Below, one piece after another: positions 48,108 to 59,800 of a DNA stretch of 64,000 bases (positions are counted from its first letter, which is position 1; each line of letters opens with the position of its first letter). Source of the DNA: Candidatus Latescibacterota bacterium. GTDB taxonomy: Bacteria; Latescibacterota; UBA2968; GCA-2709665. Under the pieces are notes generated by a model. The model was not told where the DNA came from and searched no databases. It saw only the letters and a program-made list of their open reading frames with translations. The stretch covers positions 1,632,001 through 1,696,000 of the forward strand of contig OZ250150.1 in assembly GCA_965237675.1 (NCBI GenBank), written 5' to 3'. The position numbers and the translations under genes were made by a program.

Positions 48108-49808
48108 TCAGTCCACAACCTTCAGGATCAAACGTGAAGGATATTTCTCCGTGTGATGGACTTCCTGTGTCGCCGTCACCAGTTCTGTCCCGGCGAGGTC
48201 GTTCCCGCCCGTGTTGTGATTCCGGTCGTGATTCGGAAAATCGCTGCTGGTGATTTCCAACCGGATCCGGTGCCCCGCGAGGAATCTGCAGGCCGTTGGC
48301 GTCATGCGGATGCAATACTCGGTCACCTCTCCGGGTGTGATGAAATCTTCTTCGTCCATCGACAGACGATGCCGGGCGCGGACCATCCCATAGGCGACCT
48401 CCATCGCCGGACCGTCCGGTGCTTCGTCCACAAGCCGTGAGAAAAAATCGGTGTCCGGCGCCGAAGTCGCCGCGTACAGCACCATTTCGGGATACCCCAC
48501 GGTTTCGAGTTCAACCTCCAGGGGAGGGGTCCGAAAGATCAGGATGTCCTGGCGGTAATCGAGTATCCTCCTGTCCGAAGGCTCCGTAAACAACGCCCGC
48601 GACCAGAGGGTGGGTACCGGGTCGTTCGGATCGTACTCGTATCCATCGGGTTTCCGGCCAGCTCCGGGTTCGTCCTGCAGACTTCCCGACCCCGAGGCCA
48701 GGTGCGCGTCGCCGTCGCTGTCCAGATAGTAGTCGGCCCGAATCGTTCCCCCGGGGGGCCAGGTCGCCGCCGACTTCCATTTGCCCGAGCCCATCACGAA
48801 GTACCGCACCGGCGGTTCCCTGTCCACTCCGTTATCGGTATCCTTCAGCCAGCGGTCGAACCACCGGATCATCCGATCCTGCATATCCATTTGGGCCGCG
48901 GGTCCGAAATCTACCGCGCCCTGGCGCCGGTTTCCCAGCCCACTGTGGTTCCAGGGACCGATAACGAGTCGGGTTTGTGTTTTTGCGATATCCGTTCGAC
49001 CGTTCTCCTGCATGAGCCCCAGGTGAGCCATCGTTCCGCCGCAGTGGTCGTACCAACCGCTGAAATCCAGGTTCGGCACTTCCACCTCCCGGTGCACCTC
49101 GTCGAATTTCCAGCATTTTCGGTTCGGATGCCGCAACCAGTCCTGGGCGTACCCTGCCATTCCTTCGGGCAGATAACGTGGAAAGTCCAACCATGGCATA
49201 AAGTAGAGCCAGCGCATATGCTCCACGTTCTCCCAGACTTCCAGCGCTTCTTCCTTCCGGTGCGGTCCAGGTGCGCCCTCCCGCCTGCGGAGATCCGGCG
49301 CGATTGTGCCCATCCACCATTTGATGCGCCGGCCGGGTCTGAAAGCACCCCACCAGTCGACCTCGGTGTTTTCCAGTGGAATCGACCAGGCGCACATGGC
49401 GACCAGGTGCGGCGGCCGGAGCTTTGCAAGCATCCACTGCATCCAGGCGTTGTAAGACCCACCGAACGTGCCGACCCTTCCGTTACAGAACGGCTGACGC
49501 GCCAGCCACTCGACGCTCTCGTAGCCATCCTTTGCATCCGGGGTGCCGCCCTCAACCGTGTACGGAATATACGTTCCGTCCGAGGCATAGCGGCCGCGGG
49601 AATCCTGGGTGACAACCGCATAACCGGACCGGACGAACCGCTCGAATCCGCCCTGGGGTTTTCCATACGGGGTTCGCATCAAGAGGCCGGGATACCGTCC
49701 CGGAGCATCCGGTCTGAACACGTTTGCTCGCAGTACCACACCGTCCGACATCGGCACTGCAACGTCTTTCTCTGCAACGACCTTGTGTACGCCCGCTTTC
49801 TCGCTCAT
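48108..49808 (-). CDS. CocE/NonD family serine hydrolase
   Basis: RTPYGK, QDSRGRYASDG, GGSY, GWYD, GPWNH, SSDFP. Confidence 0.92.
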   Translation of the reverse strand: MSEKAGVHKVVAEKDVAVPMSDGVVLRANVFRPDAPGRYPGLLMRTPYGKPQGGFERFVRSGYAVVTQDSRGRYASDGTYIPYTVEGGTPDAKDGYESVEWLARQPFCNGRVGTFGGSYNAWMQWMLAKLRPPHLVAMCAWSIPLENTEVDWWGAFRPGRRIKWWMGTIAPDLRRREGAPGPHRKEEALEVWENVEHMRWLYFMPWLDFPRYLPEGMAGYAQDWLRHPNRKCWKFDEVHREVEVPNLDFSGWYDHCGGTMAHLGLMQENGRTDIAKTQTRLVIGPWNHSGLGNRRQGAVDFGPAAQMDMQDRMIRWFDRWLKDTDNGVDREPPVRYFVMGSGKWKSAATWPPGGTIRADYYLDSDGDAHLASGSGSLQDEPGAGRKPDGYEYDPNDPVPTLWSRALFTEPSDRRILDYRQDILIFRTPPLEVELETVGYPEMVLYAATSAPDTDFFSRLVDEAPDGPAMEVAYGMVRARHRLSMDEEDFITPGEVTEYCIRMTPTACRFLAGHRIRLEITSSDFPNHDRNHNTGGNDLAGTELVTATQEVHHTEKYPSRLILKVVD

Positions 49809-49847
49809 ATCCTTCCTTTTGAGTCCTGCTGGTGCGGGATCTGCCTT

Positions 49848-51413
49848 TCAAATCCGCTCGATTATTTCCCGAAACCCATTTACGGATCGCCAGAAACCGG
49901 AACGGCCGGGCAATGGCCGGAGGCAGATGACCCCGTTGAAACTTCGACATCGGAGATTGGATAGAATCTCGACGAGTTCCGCGTTTCCGGTGCCCGGAAC
50001 CGGCTGTTGTCCATTCGCGCTCACGACGTCTCGCAGGTCGACGTGCGCCACGAATCGGCGCACTGGCCCCTTGTACAACCCCATATAAAACGGGCTTCCT
50101 CCCGAAAGCGCGACGGCCGCCGGATCGTATGCCATCTGCATCCTGGCCGACCCGATCTTACTCAACGATCTGGCGATTTCCGACGGGTCCACACCTGCGG
50201 GATTCCCCACAAGCACGTCCATCCCATTGTCATCGGCGACCCGGGAGAGCCGTTCAAGTGCACCGTTCAGGTCCGCCCGATCGAGGTCCTCAGGCAGCCG
50301 GACATGCAGGTGCTTTGCATCGAAACCGGCTGCAATTTCACAAGCTTCCGCCAGCGTCTCAGCAGATGCGAACGGCGTGCGCAATACAACAACGTTGAGG
50401 CCCCGATCCCCCAGGCCTTCACCAAGGATAGCCATATGGACCAGATGATTCGTATGCATTTCGACCCACGAAACCCCCGCCTTTGCGATCGAATCAAGCG
50501 TTTTATCGGGAGCGGCATCAACCGCCCACAGCGGCACGCTAAGCCTGAATTTCTCGTCTTCCAATATGGACGCCAGGGAGTCGGTTCGTATCAGCCGATC
50601 TTCTCCCCGAACCGCCTGACGGCTGCCGGACTGTTTCCGGATCTTCTCTCTGTATCCCACGCAGTCCGTGCAGTTCGGATTCTCGTCCAGCGCAAACCCC
50701 GGATCCCGCGACATTTCCCGACGCATGATCGCTGCGGCCCCGGGCGCGTCGATCAGCCGGCAGACGGCCGGTCCGATCCTGCCCACGTCCATGGCCCCTT
50801 CGGCTCGGAACAGGCGGTCGAACTTCAAGACGCCCCCACGGTGTCCGCCCGGACAACGGCGTATCGACAACGTACGGACCTCGCCACCCGCATCGATATA
50901 CTTCATTTCCAGTTCGCGGAGGTAGGGCAGGTCCAGTTCCGCCTCCACCGTATGCAGCAGCGTCATCGTATCCAGGTCGCATCCCAGGTGCAACACCTTT
51001 CCGCCAAGAGGAATCAGGCGGCCATACGGCGTTTCCGGTCCATCGGGCGCCGCGCTCATCTCATGATTGCACAGGATCTCCTCCGCCCTCGCTCCGCACC
51101 CCGCCACCGGATGATACGGATGCCGGCTGCGCGACACGCCCGCCCGCAACCGGAACGTCTCGCTGATGACGCCCATGTCCGAAGGGATGGCGTCCGGATC
51201 GAAGGTGCGACCATCCCGGGCCGGGTGCGTGGGCATCAACAACGTTCCATGCCTCCCGAGTACCTCCACCAGAGCGTCGATTACCGCGTTCGCGCCGCCG
51301 GATACAGGCCCCAGACTGCTCAGGGACGAATGTACCATCACAATCGTTCCCGGTTGCAGCCCCAGGTCCCCGACCCCATCGACAATATCCTGTTGGGATA
51401 GCATCGCGGCCAT
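49848..51413 (-). CDS. AAC(3)/YokD-family N-acetyltransferase fused to a xylose-isomerase-like TIM barrel
   Basis: VHSSLSSLG, LMPT, MGVISETFR, RSRHP, TLLHTVE; then CxxC; then YDPA, HVDLRD, PGTG.AEL..I, FNGVICL. Confidence 0.82.
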   Translation of the reverse strand: MAAMLSQQDIVDGVGDLGLQPGTIVMVHSSLSSLGPVSGGANAVIDALVEVLGRHGTLLMPTHPARDGRTFDPDAIPSDMGVISETFRLRAGVSRSRHPYHPVAGCGARAEEILCNHEMSAAPDGPETPYGRLIPLGGKVLHLGCDLDTMTLLHTVEAELDLPYLRELEMKYIDAGGEVRTLSIRRCPGGHRGGVLKFDRLFRAEGAMDVGRIGPAVCRLIDAPGAAAIMRREMSRDPGFALDENPNCTDCVGYREKIRKQSGSRQAVRGEDRLIRTDSLASILEDEKFRLSVPLWAVDAAPDKTLDSIAKAGVSWVEMHTNHLVHMAILGEGLGDRGLNVVVLRTPFASAETLAEACEIAAGFDAKHLHVRLPEDLDRADLNGALERLSRVADDNGMDVLVGNPAGVDPSEIARSLSKIGSARMQMAYDPAAVALSGGSPFYMGLYKGPVRRFVAHVDLRDVVSANGQQPVPGTGNAELVEILSNLRCRSFNGVICLRPLPGRSGFWRSVNGFREIIERI

Positions 51414-51550
51414 CTCTCCTCTTCGCTAAAGCGGTCGGCCCGCTACCTGCCACAAGATTTCTGCCTCTGTTACAAGCGACGTCCCCGGCTCCAAACCGGA
51501 AAGGCGTCCCGCGGAATCCCGCCTCTCAATCCTCCACGCCGGTCTCGCGA

Positions 51551-52246
51551 TTAGCGCCATTCGATCAACGCCTTCGCATACGCGCGTCCGACCAGTCTAT
51601 AGCCGTCCCGCAGATACGGCATATGGTGTCCTGACAGAATACAATCCACGTGCCGTTCCGAAAGTCGCTTCAGGGTCCGTATATACGTGGGTTTGTCGAA
51701 TTCCTCTCCGCCCTGCCAGCCCAACTCCGGCTGGTAGTTCGTATTTCCGCAGAACAATACGTCGCCGGCCAGCCAGATGGTCTTTCCCGCGTGTTGGAAC
51801 TGAAAGATGACACATCCGTTCGTGTGGCCCGGCGCATGGATGACCTCGAACCGAAATCCGCAGGCCTCGATTGTGTCGCCGTCCTCAACCACCCGATCCA
51901 CCCTGCAGGCCGGCAACCGGAATCCCGCGGCGTACGGAATGGTGCGCGCGTCCGAACGCTCAATTCCCTCCGCGTCGCCGGGCCCGGCGATCACGAACGC
52001 GCCTCGCTCGCGAATCGCGGCCGCATTGCCGATATGGTCGTAGTGGCTATGCGTCAGGAAGAGGAAATCGACTTTCTCCAGCGAGATTCCCCAAACGCCC
52101 AACTGTGCTTCGGCTCGATCCAGGTCGCCGGGCACCGACCCGGCGTCGACTACGATCGTACCCGCGTCGCTATGCAACACGTAGAAATTCGGGTGCTGCG
52201 CATACGCAAACCCGTCTGCGAGATAGATATCGGGTAGAATCTGCAT
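51551..52246 (-). CDS. MBL-fold metallo-hydrolase
   Basis: THSHYDHIG, HAPGHT, AGD, SGH. Confidence 0.88.
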   Translation of the reverse strand: MQILPDIYLADGFAYAQHPNFYVLHSDAGTIVVDAGSVPGDLDRAEAQLGVWGISLEKVDFLFLTHSHYDHIGNAAAIRERGAFVIAGPGDAEGIERSDARTIPYAAGFRLPACRVDRVVEDGDTIEACGFRFEVIHAPGHTNGCVIFQFQHAGKTIWLAGDVLFCGNTNYQPELGWQGGEEFDKPTYIRTLKRLSERHVDCILSGHHMPYLRDGYRLVGRAYAKALIEWR

Positions 52247-52272
52247 ACCTGCCTCCGTCGGCTGTCATCCGG

Positions 52273-53149
52273 TTACACGTCCGAGACACCCCGGTACCCC
52301 GGGGGAATAAGCCCTCTCTGATGATCCCGGCACTGCTCGATAAAGCTGCGGTCCTTCAGCAAAAAGCCGGGATCTTCCAGGATACACCGCGTCCCCGCGT
52401 CGATCAGTTCCCTGGCGTTCATAAGCGTCACGGTCGCGTCGCCGATTTTGCCGTACTGAACAAGATTCCGCCTCCGCATCTCGGGCTCCATCAGGAAATA
52501 ATCCCTGGGCACGTTGGGCGTATGCACCTTCTGCACGTGGAGATGAATCCGGCCATTTTCGTCCGCCACTTCCAGACGGGAGGGCTCGTCCATCAACGCG
52601 TAGGGCGCATGCGCGTATTCCTCGCATGCGTGCATCATCGTGCAACTGTTCCATCCAGTTCCCAGGAACATATAGTGAGCCTCCAGCTCTCCCAGCTTTC
52701 CCCAGGCCGTATCCCGTCCACACGGTGTGAAGCAGCGAATCGCGCCTTCCGCCAGGTACTCCGCGCCGTGCCCGATCGCGCACATCGGATTGCTCGAATC
52801 CAGGCATCTGACGGCCCCTTGATGATGCCGACAACACTTCCGTGATCCGTCCCATCCTGGACGGCGAGTGGCGCACGTCGAACGCTGGCGTCTTGTTCGT
52901 GCGGGCATACTCGCAGTGCCATCCGTTGAAATGACACGTATGTACAGCGATGGTTCCCCGGGGCCCTACGGCTTCCATGAAAGCCTCGATCACGGTGTCC
53001 GCTCCGCCTTCTACGTATCCCATACTGCTGAGGGAATTATGGAAAAACACCGAGTCGCCGGGGTTCACTCCCAGTTTTCGAAGGCCGTCGATGATGTCGT
53101 TTTTTTCAACGGTTGCCTTTCCTTCCGGGGAGTATGGCTTTTTTCCCAT
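52273..53149 (-). pseudogene. AAC(3)/YokD-family acetyltransferase with a +1 frameshift near 52831
   Basis: FHNSLSSMG...SRMGRITEVL in one frame continues RHHQGAVR...CTMMHACEE in the next; removing one T (TTG-T-CGG) restores it. Confidence 0.8.
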
Positions 53150-53173
53150 CCAAAGGCCTCCTGTGAATTCAAA

Positions 53174-53779
53174 TCAGCTGTGGTAAGTCGCCAGAGACGG
53201 GTGGCCCAGGACGGTGGCGAGCCAGGCCCAGCCCTCGGCGCATCGGCTGGATGTTTCAAACGGGACAAAACCAAAGTCCAGATATAGATTGATCGCGCGC
53301 ACACTGGTGGTCTGGGTGGTCAGGTAGGCCCGATCGTGAAGCTCCGCGATTCGTCCCAGGGTGGCCGCGAGAAGCGGCTTGGCCAGACCTCGGCCCTGAT
53401 ACTCCGGGCGGACGGCGATCCAGTGGATGCGGCCATAGTCCCTGCCGTTGAACGCGTCGTTGTACCAGGCCGTGCTCGTCCCGATCGCGTGGCTGTCCGT
53501 GTCTTCCAGAAACAGACACCGGGCTTCCATCCCGTCGCGGTCCTGTCCGAACTCGCGTTCGAAGCAGGCCAGTGCCCTGTGCCTGGCATCGAAAGACGCG
53601 ACTGCGACCTCGATGTCGGCCCAGAGGTGGTCTTCGCCGTTCCTGTAGTAGCGGAGGCGGTAGCCCCGCGGGAGCGGAAACGACGGAGGGTCCGTCAGAT
53701 CTTCCCTGACCATGACCACGGGTATGTGCTCCTGCTCCCGTTCCCAGGCCGCATTGATTCTCACAATGTCTTCCTCCAT
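53174..53779 (-). CDS. GNAT acetyltransferase
   Basis: GRIHWIAVRPEYQGRGLAK, AINLYLDFGF. Confidence 0.9.
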   Translation of the reverse strand: MEEDIVRINAAWEREQEHIPVVMVREDLTDPPSFPLPRGYRLRYYRNGEDHLWADIEVAVASFDARHRALACFEREFGQDRDGMEARCLFLEDTDSHAIGTSTAWYNDAFNGRDYGRIHWIAVRPEYQGRGLAKPLLAATLGRIAELHDRAYLTTQTTSVRAINLYLDFGFVPFETSSRCAEGWAWLATVLGHPSLATYHS

Positions 53780-53831
53780 TTCGAATCCGAAGCGGATCGG
53801 CCGGGCGTATCCACCGCTCTTCTGTCTATAC

Positions 53832-55931
53832 CTATAAACGAGCCGTTCCGGCCTCCGTCAAACCATATGCCTGGCCCTCGCCCAGCACCGTCCCCCATCG
53901 CTCGTCGTCCAGGTGCTCGAGCGCGAGCCCGATCCGGCCGCCGGACGGCCCTCCAAGCACATATATGCTCTCCGGCCGTTCCGGAAGCACCGGGCCCCGG
54001 ACAGGGGCCGCATCGTCCTCGGACGAAGGCACAAGAACAAGCTGTGGCGAACTGCCGGGGACTGCATACCAGAGAGAGATCATCGAATCGTCCGCCGTCC
54101 CAGTGACGATGCAATCTCCGCCGTGAGGCAAAATCGCCCACAGGACGTCCAGGGTCGTCTCGCCGGCCATCGCGAAACGAATGCGGAGGTCCACCTGATC
54201 CATCGCATCCAGATCTTCGGGCGGAATGTCGTAACCGGACAGATAGACTTTCCAATAGGGGTCGACCGGCTGCGGGACCCGTTCGACCGTCGACGCCTGC
54301 GAACAGATCTGATAGAGCCGGCATGCCTGCCCGGAAGGCGCTTGCAGCCGGATCGATCCGTCCGTACCGATCCGGGTTTCGACCTCATGCCCGACGTGAA
54401 AATGGGCTTCCACGGGGCGGGGCTCACGGCCGGAGAACCGGACACGATCCAGAACGAACACGGTGTGGCGGTCCCTTGCGTGCAACACGGTTCGTTCGAA
54501 GGAGAACAGGCCCGGTACGTCGGGATACGCCCCCGCCGCCTCACACCGCACGGCCGAATACACGTTTTTCTCACCGCAGTAAACGCCCGTCACCTCGCCG
54601 CTGGTGTCGGGGTCGACCGACTGTCCCCGCCCGTCGAAGGTGAGCGTATTTTTGAACCCGGTATCAAACCGAAAATACCCCGAAGGTCTGAAAAAATAGT
54701 GCCCGTTGACAAAATACGTAAAACTCGCACGGTCCCGATAATGGGCGTGTTTATTGTGGGTGATGGTCTGTATCGGAAGCCACGAATCTCTCCGCGCCTG
54801 CGACAGACGGCCGCCCGGAAGCGTACACTCGAAACTCAACACCGACGCGTCGTTGTCGAATCCGGTGCGTGAAAAAAACTGACCCAATGAGGGGAAATAG
54901 GCCGCTGCCGGCAGACCGTCCGGCGGCCGCGCCTCGACCCGTGGATCGTACCACAAGAGGCTCCAGCCGTATTCGTGGTAATCCTTCAGAAACGTCCGGT
55001 AAGACTCCTGTTCCGCCTGCCACTGCGCCAGGCCGTCGTTGAACTCGGACGCGAGTTTGTATAGCTGGAACGCCACGACGCCGCCGGTTTCCCCGTGATA
55101 CCGGCCGCTGGGCGTCGAATCGTCCAGAAATACGTACGTTCCGTCCGGCAGAAGGTGGTACGCACGCCAGCAGGACAGCGCCTTGAGCCATGCGATATCA
55201 AACGCATTTTCTCCGAAGATTCGCTTGCGGCCCTCCAGGTAGAACAACATCGGCCCCAGCGCGTAGTTCAGTGGCGCCACGCCCTCGTTCCACGCGCCAT
55301 CGCTCCCCTGAATGGAGACAATCCGTTCCACCTCTTTTTCAACCGTAGACAACCAGTTCCCGGCTTCGTCCGTGAACGGAAGCAGCGCCAGACAGCCGAC
55401 GCCGGCGCCGAAAATCGGCACCCAACAGTCGTGGTAATGGTATCGCCGGCTCCAGCCGGCCTCCCCCGTATCCATATGCCGGACCATCCGCCCGGTCTCG
55501 ACCCGCAACACCTCCACCGCCCGGCGCACGAGCGCATCCGGGAGAACTTTCCCGAACAGGTCCACGCCATAGGCCAGCGCCATGACGTGGAAGGCCACCA
55601 GATAGGAGGATTTGACCTTTTCGTCATCGGCGGCGCCTGCCTCGATCCATCTGGCCAGCCAGCGTTCGGCCAGATCGCTCCAACGTTTGTCGCCGCTGAG
55701 ATGATAGGCGATGCCACAGTTCACAACCAGAGAAAAACAGATCTCGAGGATATCGCTATACGCCGGCTCCTCCAGATCCCAGAGCGTATTGGGAGGATCG
55801 TGGGCCAACCGTCCGTTCAGATCTTCGACCAGCGCCCGGTAGAACTGCGCATGCGAAGAGGCGATGCGCCCGCGCAGTTCGTCGAGATCATCGGCAGACA
55901 GAATCAGACGCGGCGCCGCTGGATCCACCAT
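53832..55931 (-). CDS. Heparinase II/III-like (DUF4962) polysaccharide lyase-like protein
   Basis: PRLIL, DGAWNEG...Y, YF...G..FSRTG, HAH.DR.SF, NTLTFDG.GQ. Confidence 0.75.
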   Translation of the reverse strand: MVDPAAPRLILSADDLDELRGRIASSHAQFYRALVEDLNGRLAHDPPNTLWDLEEPAYSDILEICFSLVVNCGIAYHLSGDKRWSDLAERWLARWIEAGAADDEKVKSSYLVAFHVMALAYGVDLFGKVLPDALVRRAVEVLRVETGRMVRHMDTGEAGWSRRYHYHDCWVPIFGAGVGCLALLPFTDEAGNWLSTVEKEVERIVSIQGSDGAWNEGVAPLNYALGPMLFYLEGRKRIFGENAFDIAWLKALSCWRAYHLLPDGTYVFLDDSTPSGRYHGETGGVVAFQLYKLASEFNDGLAQWQAEQESYRTFLKDYHEYGWSLLWYDPRVEARPPDGLPAAAYFPSLGQFFSRTGFDNDASVLSFECTLPGGRLSQARRDSWLPIQTITHNKHAHYRDRASFTYFVNGHYFFRPSGYFRFDTGFKNTLTFDGRGQSVDPDTSGEVTGVYCGEKNVYSAVRCEAAGAYPDVPGLFSFERTVLHARDRHTVFVLDRVRFSGREPRPVEAHFHVGHEVETRIGTDGSIRLQAPSGQACRLYQICSQASTVERVPQPVDPYWKVYLSGYDIPPEDLDAMDQVDLRIRFAMAGETTLDVLWAILPHGGDCIVTGTADDSMISLWYAVPGSSPQLVLVPSSEDDAAPVRGPVLPERPESIYVLGGPSGGRIGLALEHLDDERWGTVLGEGQAYGLTEAGTARL

Positions 55932-56510
55932 CGGGGAAATTCTCTACCGAATCGGGGATGAAATCGAGTGGCCCAACCTGCACAACATACACGAGATGAC
56001 AGGGATCTCCGGGTTGAAAACAGTTCCCGCGTTGCGCCGACGGCACAGCGAAATTCCGCTCCGATACCGTTCAAATCCCAAAGAGCGCCAACTTTACGAA
56101 ATTCCTCATCCCAAGTCTAAACCATACCAGGAGCAATTGCAAGTCCCATTGACCGTGGAGTGAACGGCGGCGTTTCAATGACACGACGTTTTTGGACCTC
56201 AGTCGCTGGAAAAACAGTTTGGCCGGATCAACCAACACGTCCTGATAGCGGAAGTGGCACCGAGATTCGGGCAATGCGCGTCCTGTGGATGCAGAAGGGA
56301 CCGAGAGGCTCCTCCGTCCCCGACGTTAGTCGCCGGCGATCTCGTGCGACTGATCGCCTGCAGGTACGTGCGGCATAGGGCGATTATTCAGGGGAACTGT
56401 GTCCCCGATGCCGACCCGGATGAGGTATTTTGGTGATTTTTTTTGTGGGACAACCTGTTGCGGCGCATACACTATTAACCTAAAAAATACTACAAATTAT
56501 AATATTTCAT

Positions 56511-56538
56511 TTGACTCTTTGAGAATGAAACTTATAAA
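56511..56538 (+). promoter_or_regulatory. Candidate sigma70 promoter for the FN3 gene
   Basis: TTGACT-16bp-TATAAA preceded by an AT-rich tract in a GC-rich genome. Confidence 0.45.
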
Positions 56539-56881
56539 TTGGCGTCGCATAGTACGAAAAAAATGTCTCCGAAACAGCGTCCGCGAACGGTCCGAGGACA
56601 CGTCGTCAGGGAAACTGCCCGCCGGCGCCACCGTGCCTCATCTCCCAAAGAAACTGTTCGCCCTATTGCAAGGACATCTTGTGCAACTTCACAGATTCGA
56701 ATCGCCCGGTGCCCGGCACACCTCTGCCTCTTCTGGGATGCGAAGGCAGTACTGTGCCTTAAACCGACGGCGCTTCGCACGCTATGAAATTTTCCCGGAA
56801 AAGTGGGCCGACAATATACCCCTGAGCAAGCAGAAAAAACGCAATTTGTGTAGAAATCACAAACATTAAGGGTGCGACATA

Positions 56882-59800
56882 ATGTATTACGCTAAAAGAA
56901 ACGCCGCCAGCGGTATCGCTTTGTTCTTTGTTACAGTGTGGCTCTTGGGCTCTCCTAACCAATCTCACGGTCAGGATATACCAACGCCGACCGTAACTGC
57001 CGTCGCGGGCGACGGGCAGGTGACGCTGACGTGGGGTGAAGTTCAGAGTACAGATCGAGTTACATCCTGGAGATACGGCGTCAAGGAGGGCAGAAATCCG
57101 TATGATTGGAATGAAATACCAGGAAGCAACAGGAACACGACAACCTATACTGTGACGGGTCTGACCAACGGGATCTCGTACCGGTTCAAGGTTCAGGCGC
57201 GAGACGGAACAGAGACCGGTGCTTCGTCGAATACGGTGTCTGCCACCCCCGGGCAGGGGCAGGAATTCCCGACGCCGACCTTGAGTGCGTTAGCGGGAGA
57301 CGAGCAGGTGACGCTCACGTGGAGTGAGGCCGGCGCCACCGATCGAATTTTATCCTGGAGATACGGCGTCAAGGAGGGCAGACAATCGTATGTTTGGAAT
57401 GACGTGCCTGACAGCGACAGGAACACGACGTCCTATATCGTGACCGATCTGACCAACGGTACCTCGTATCGGTTCAAAGTCAGGGCGCAAGACGGAAACA
57501 ACCTTGGACCTTCGTCTGACACTGCCTTCGCCACGCCTGGCCCGCCGCCGGGTGATGCGCCCGGTGCGGTGACGGGGCTGGGTGCGAGTGGGGGCGTGGG
57601 AGAGGTGACGCTGTCGTGGACGAATCCGAGCGGCACGGTCACGTCGAACGAGATCCGCTATGCGGCGGCGGGCGAGTCGCTGCCGGAGACGTGGACGGAC
57701 ATTGGGGTTGCGACGAGCTATACGGTGGGGAGTCTGACGGACTGCACGGAGTATACGTTCGAGGTGCGTGCCGAGAACGCGACAGGCGCGGGCCCTTCGG
57801 AGAGCGTAACGGAGACGCCGGGTGATGCGCCCGGTGCGGTGACGGGGCTGGGAGCGACGGCGGGCGTGGGAGAAGTGGCGTTGACGTGGACGAATCCGAG
57901 CGGCACGGTCACGTCGAACGAGATCCGATACGCGGCGGCGGGCGAGTCTTTGCCGGAGACGTGGACGGACATCGGGGTTGCGACGAGCTATACGGTGGGG
58001 AGTCTGACGGACTGCACGGAGTATACGTTCGAGGTGCGCGCGACGAACAGTTGCGACGATGGCGGGTCGGACAGCGTAACGGAGACGCCGGGTGATGCGC
58101 CCGGTGCGGTGACGGGGCTGGGAGCGACGGCGGGCGTGGGAGAAGTGGCGTTGACGTGGACGAATCCGAGCGGCACGGTCACGTCGAACGAGATCCGATA
58201 CGCGGCGGCGGGCGAGTCTTTGCCGGAGACGTGGACGGACATCGGGGTTGCGACGAGCTATACGGTGGGGAGTCTGACGGACTGCACGGAGTATACGTTC
58301 GAGGTGCGCGCGGTGAATGGGTGCGGCGATGGCGGGTCGGACAGCGTAACGGAGACGCCGGGTGATGCGCCGGGTGTGGTGGCGGGGCTGGGTGCGAGTG
58401 GGGGCGTGGGAGAGGTGACGCTGTCGTGGACGAACCCGAGCGGCACGGTCACGTCGAACGAGATCCGATACGCGGCGGCGGGCGAGTCGCTGCCGGAGAC
58501 GTGGACGGACATCGGGGTTGCGACGAGCTATACGGCTGGGAGTCTGACGGACTGCACGGAGTATACGTTCGAGGTACGTGCGATCAACGGCTGCGGCGAT
58601 GGCGGGTCGGACAGCGTAACGGAGACGCCCGGCAGCGCGCCGGGTGTGGTGGCGGGGCTGGGTGCGAGTGGGGGCGTGGGAGAGGTGACGCTGTCGTGGA
58701 CGAACCCGAGCGGCACGGTCACGTCGAACGAGATCCGATACGCGGCGGCGGGCGAGTCGCTGCCGGAGACGTGGACGGACATCGGGGTTGCGACGAGCTA
58801 TACGGTGGGGAGTCTGACGGACTGCACGGAGTATACGTTCGAGGTACGTGCGATCAACGGCTGCGGCGATGGCGGGTCGGACAGCGTAACGGAGACGCCC
58901 GGCAGCGCGCCGGGTGTGGTGGCGGGGCTGGGTGCGAGTGGGGGCGTGGGAGAGGTGACGCTGTCGTGGACGAATCCTGGCGGCACGGTCACGTCGAACG
59001 AGATCCGATACGCGGCGGCGGGCGAGTCGCTGCCGGAGACGTGGACGGACATCGGGGTTGCGACGAGCTATACGGTGGGGAGTCTGACGGACTGCACGGA
59101 GTATACGTTCGAGGTACGTGCGATCAACGGCTGCGGCGATGGCGGGTCGGACAGCGTGACGGAGACGCCCGGCAGCGCGCCGGGTGTGGTGGCGGGGCTG
59201 GGTGCGAGTGGGGGCGTGGGAGAGGTGACGCTGTCGTGGACGAATCCTGGCGGCACGGTCACGTCGAACGAGATCCGATACGCGGCGGCGGGCGAGTCGC
59301 TGCCGGAGACGTGGACGGACATCGGGGTTGCGACGAGCTATACGGTGGGGAGTCTGACGGACTGCACGGAGTATACGTTCGAGGTACGTGCGATCAACGG
59401 CTGCGGCGATGGCGGGTCGGACAGCGTGACGGAGACGCCCGGCAGCGCGCCGGGTGTGGTGGCGGGGCTGGGTGCGAGTGGGGGCGTGGGAGAGGTGACG
59501 CTGTCGTGGACGAATCCTGGCGGCACGGTCACGTCGAACGAGATCCGATACGCGGCGGCGGGCGAGTCGCTGCCGGAGACGTGGACGGACATCGGGGTTG
59601 CGACGAGCTATACGGTGGGGAGTCTGACGGACTGCACGGAGTATACGTTCGAGGTACGTGCGATCAACGGCTGCGGCGATGGCGGGTCGGACAGCGTGAC
59701 GGAGACGCCCGGCAGCGCGCCGGGTGTGGTGGCGGGGCTGGGTGCGAGTGGGGGCGTGGGAGAGGTGACGCTGTCGTGGACGAATCCTGGCGGCACGGTC

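Noticed and set aside
56545-56880. Riboswitch (e.g. c-di-GMP) in the long FN3 leader
   Set aside because: Could not match the conserved aptamer motifs by eye; an Rfam scan is needed.
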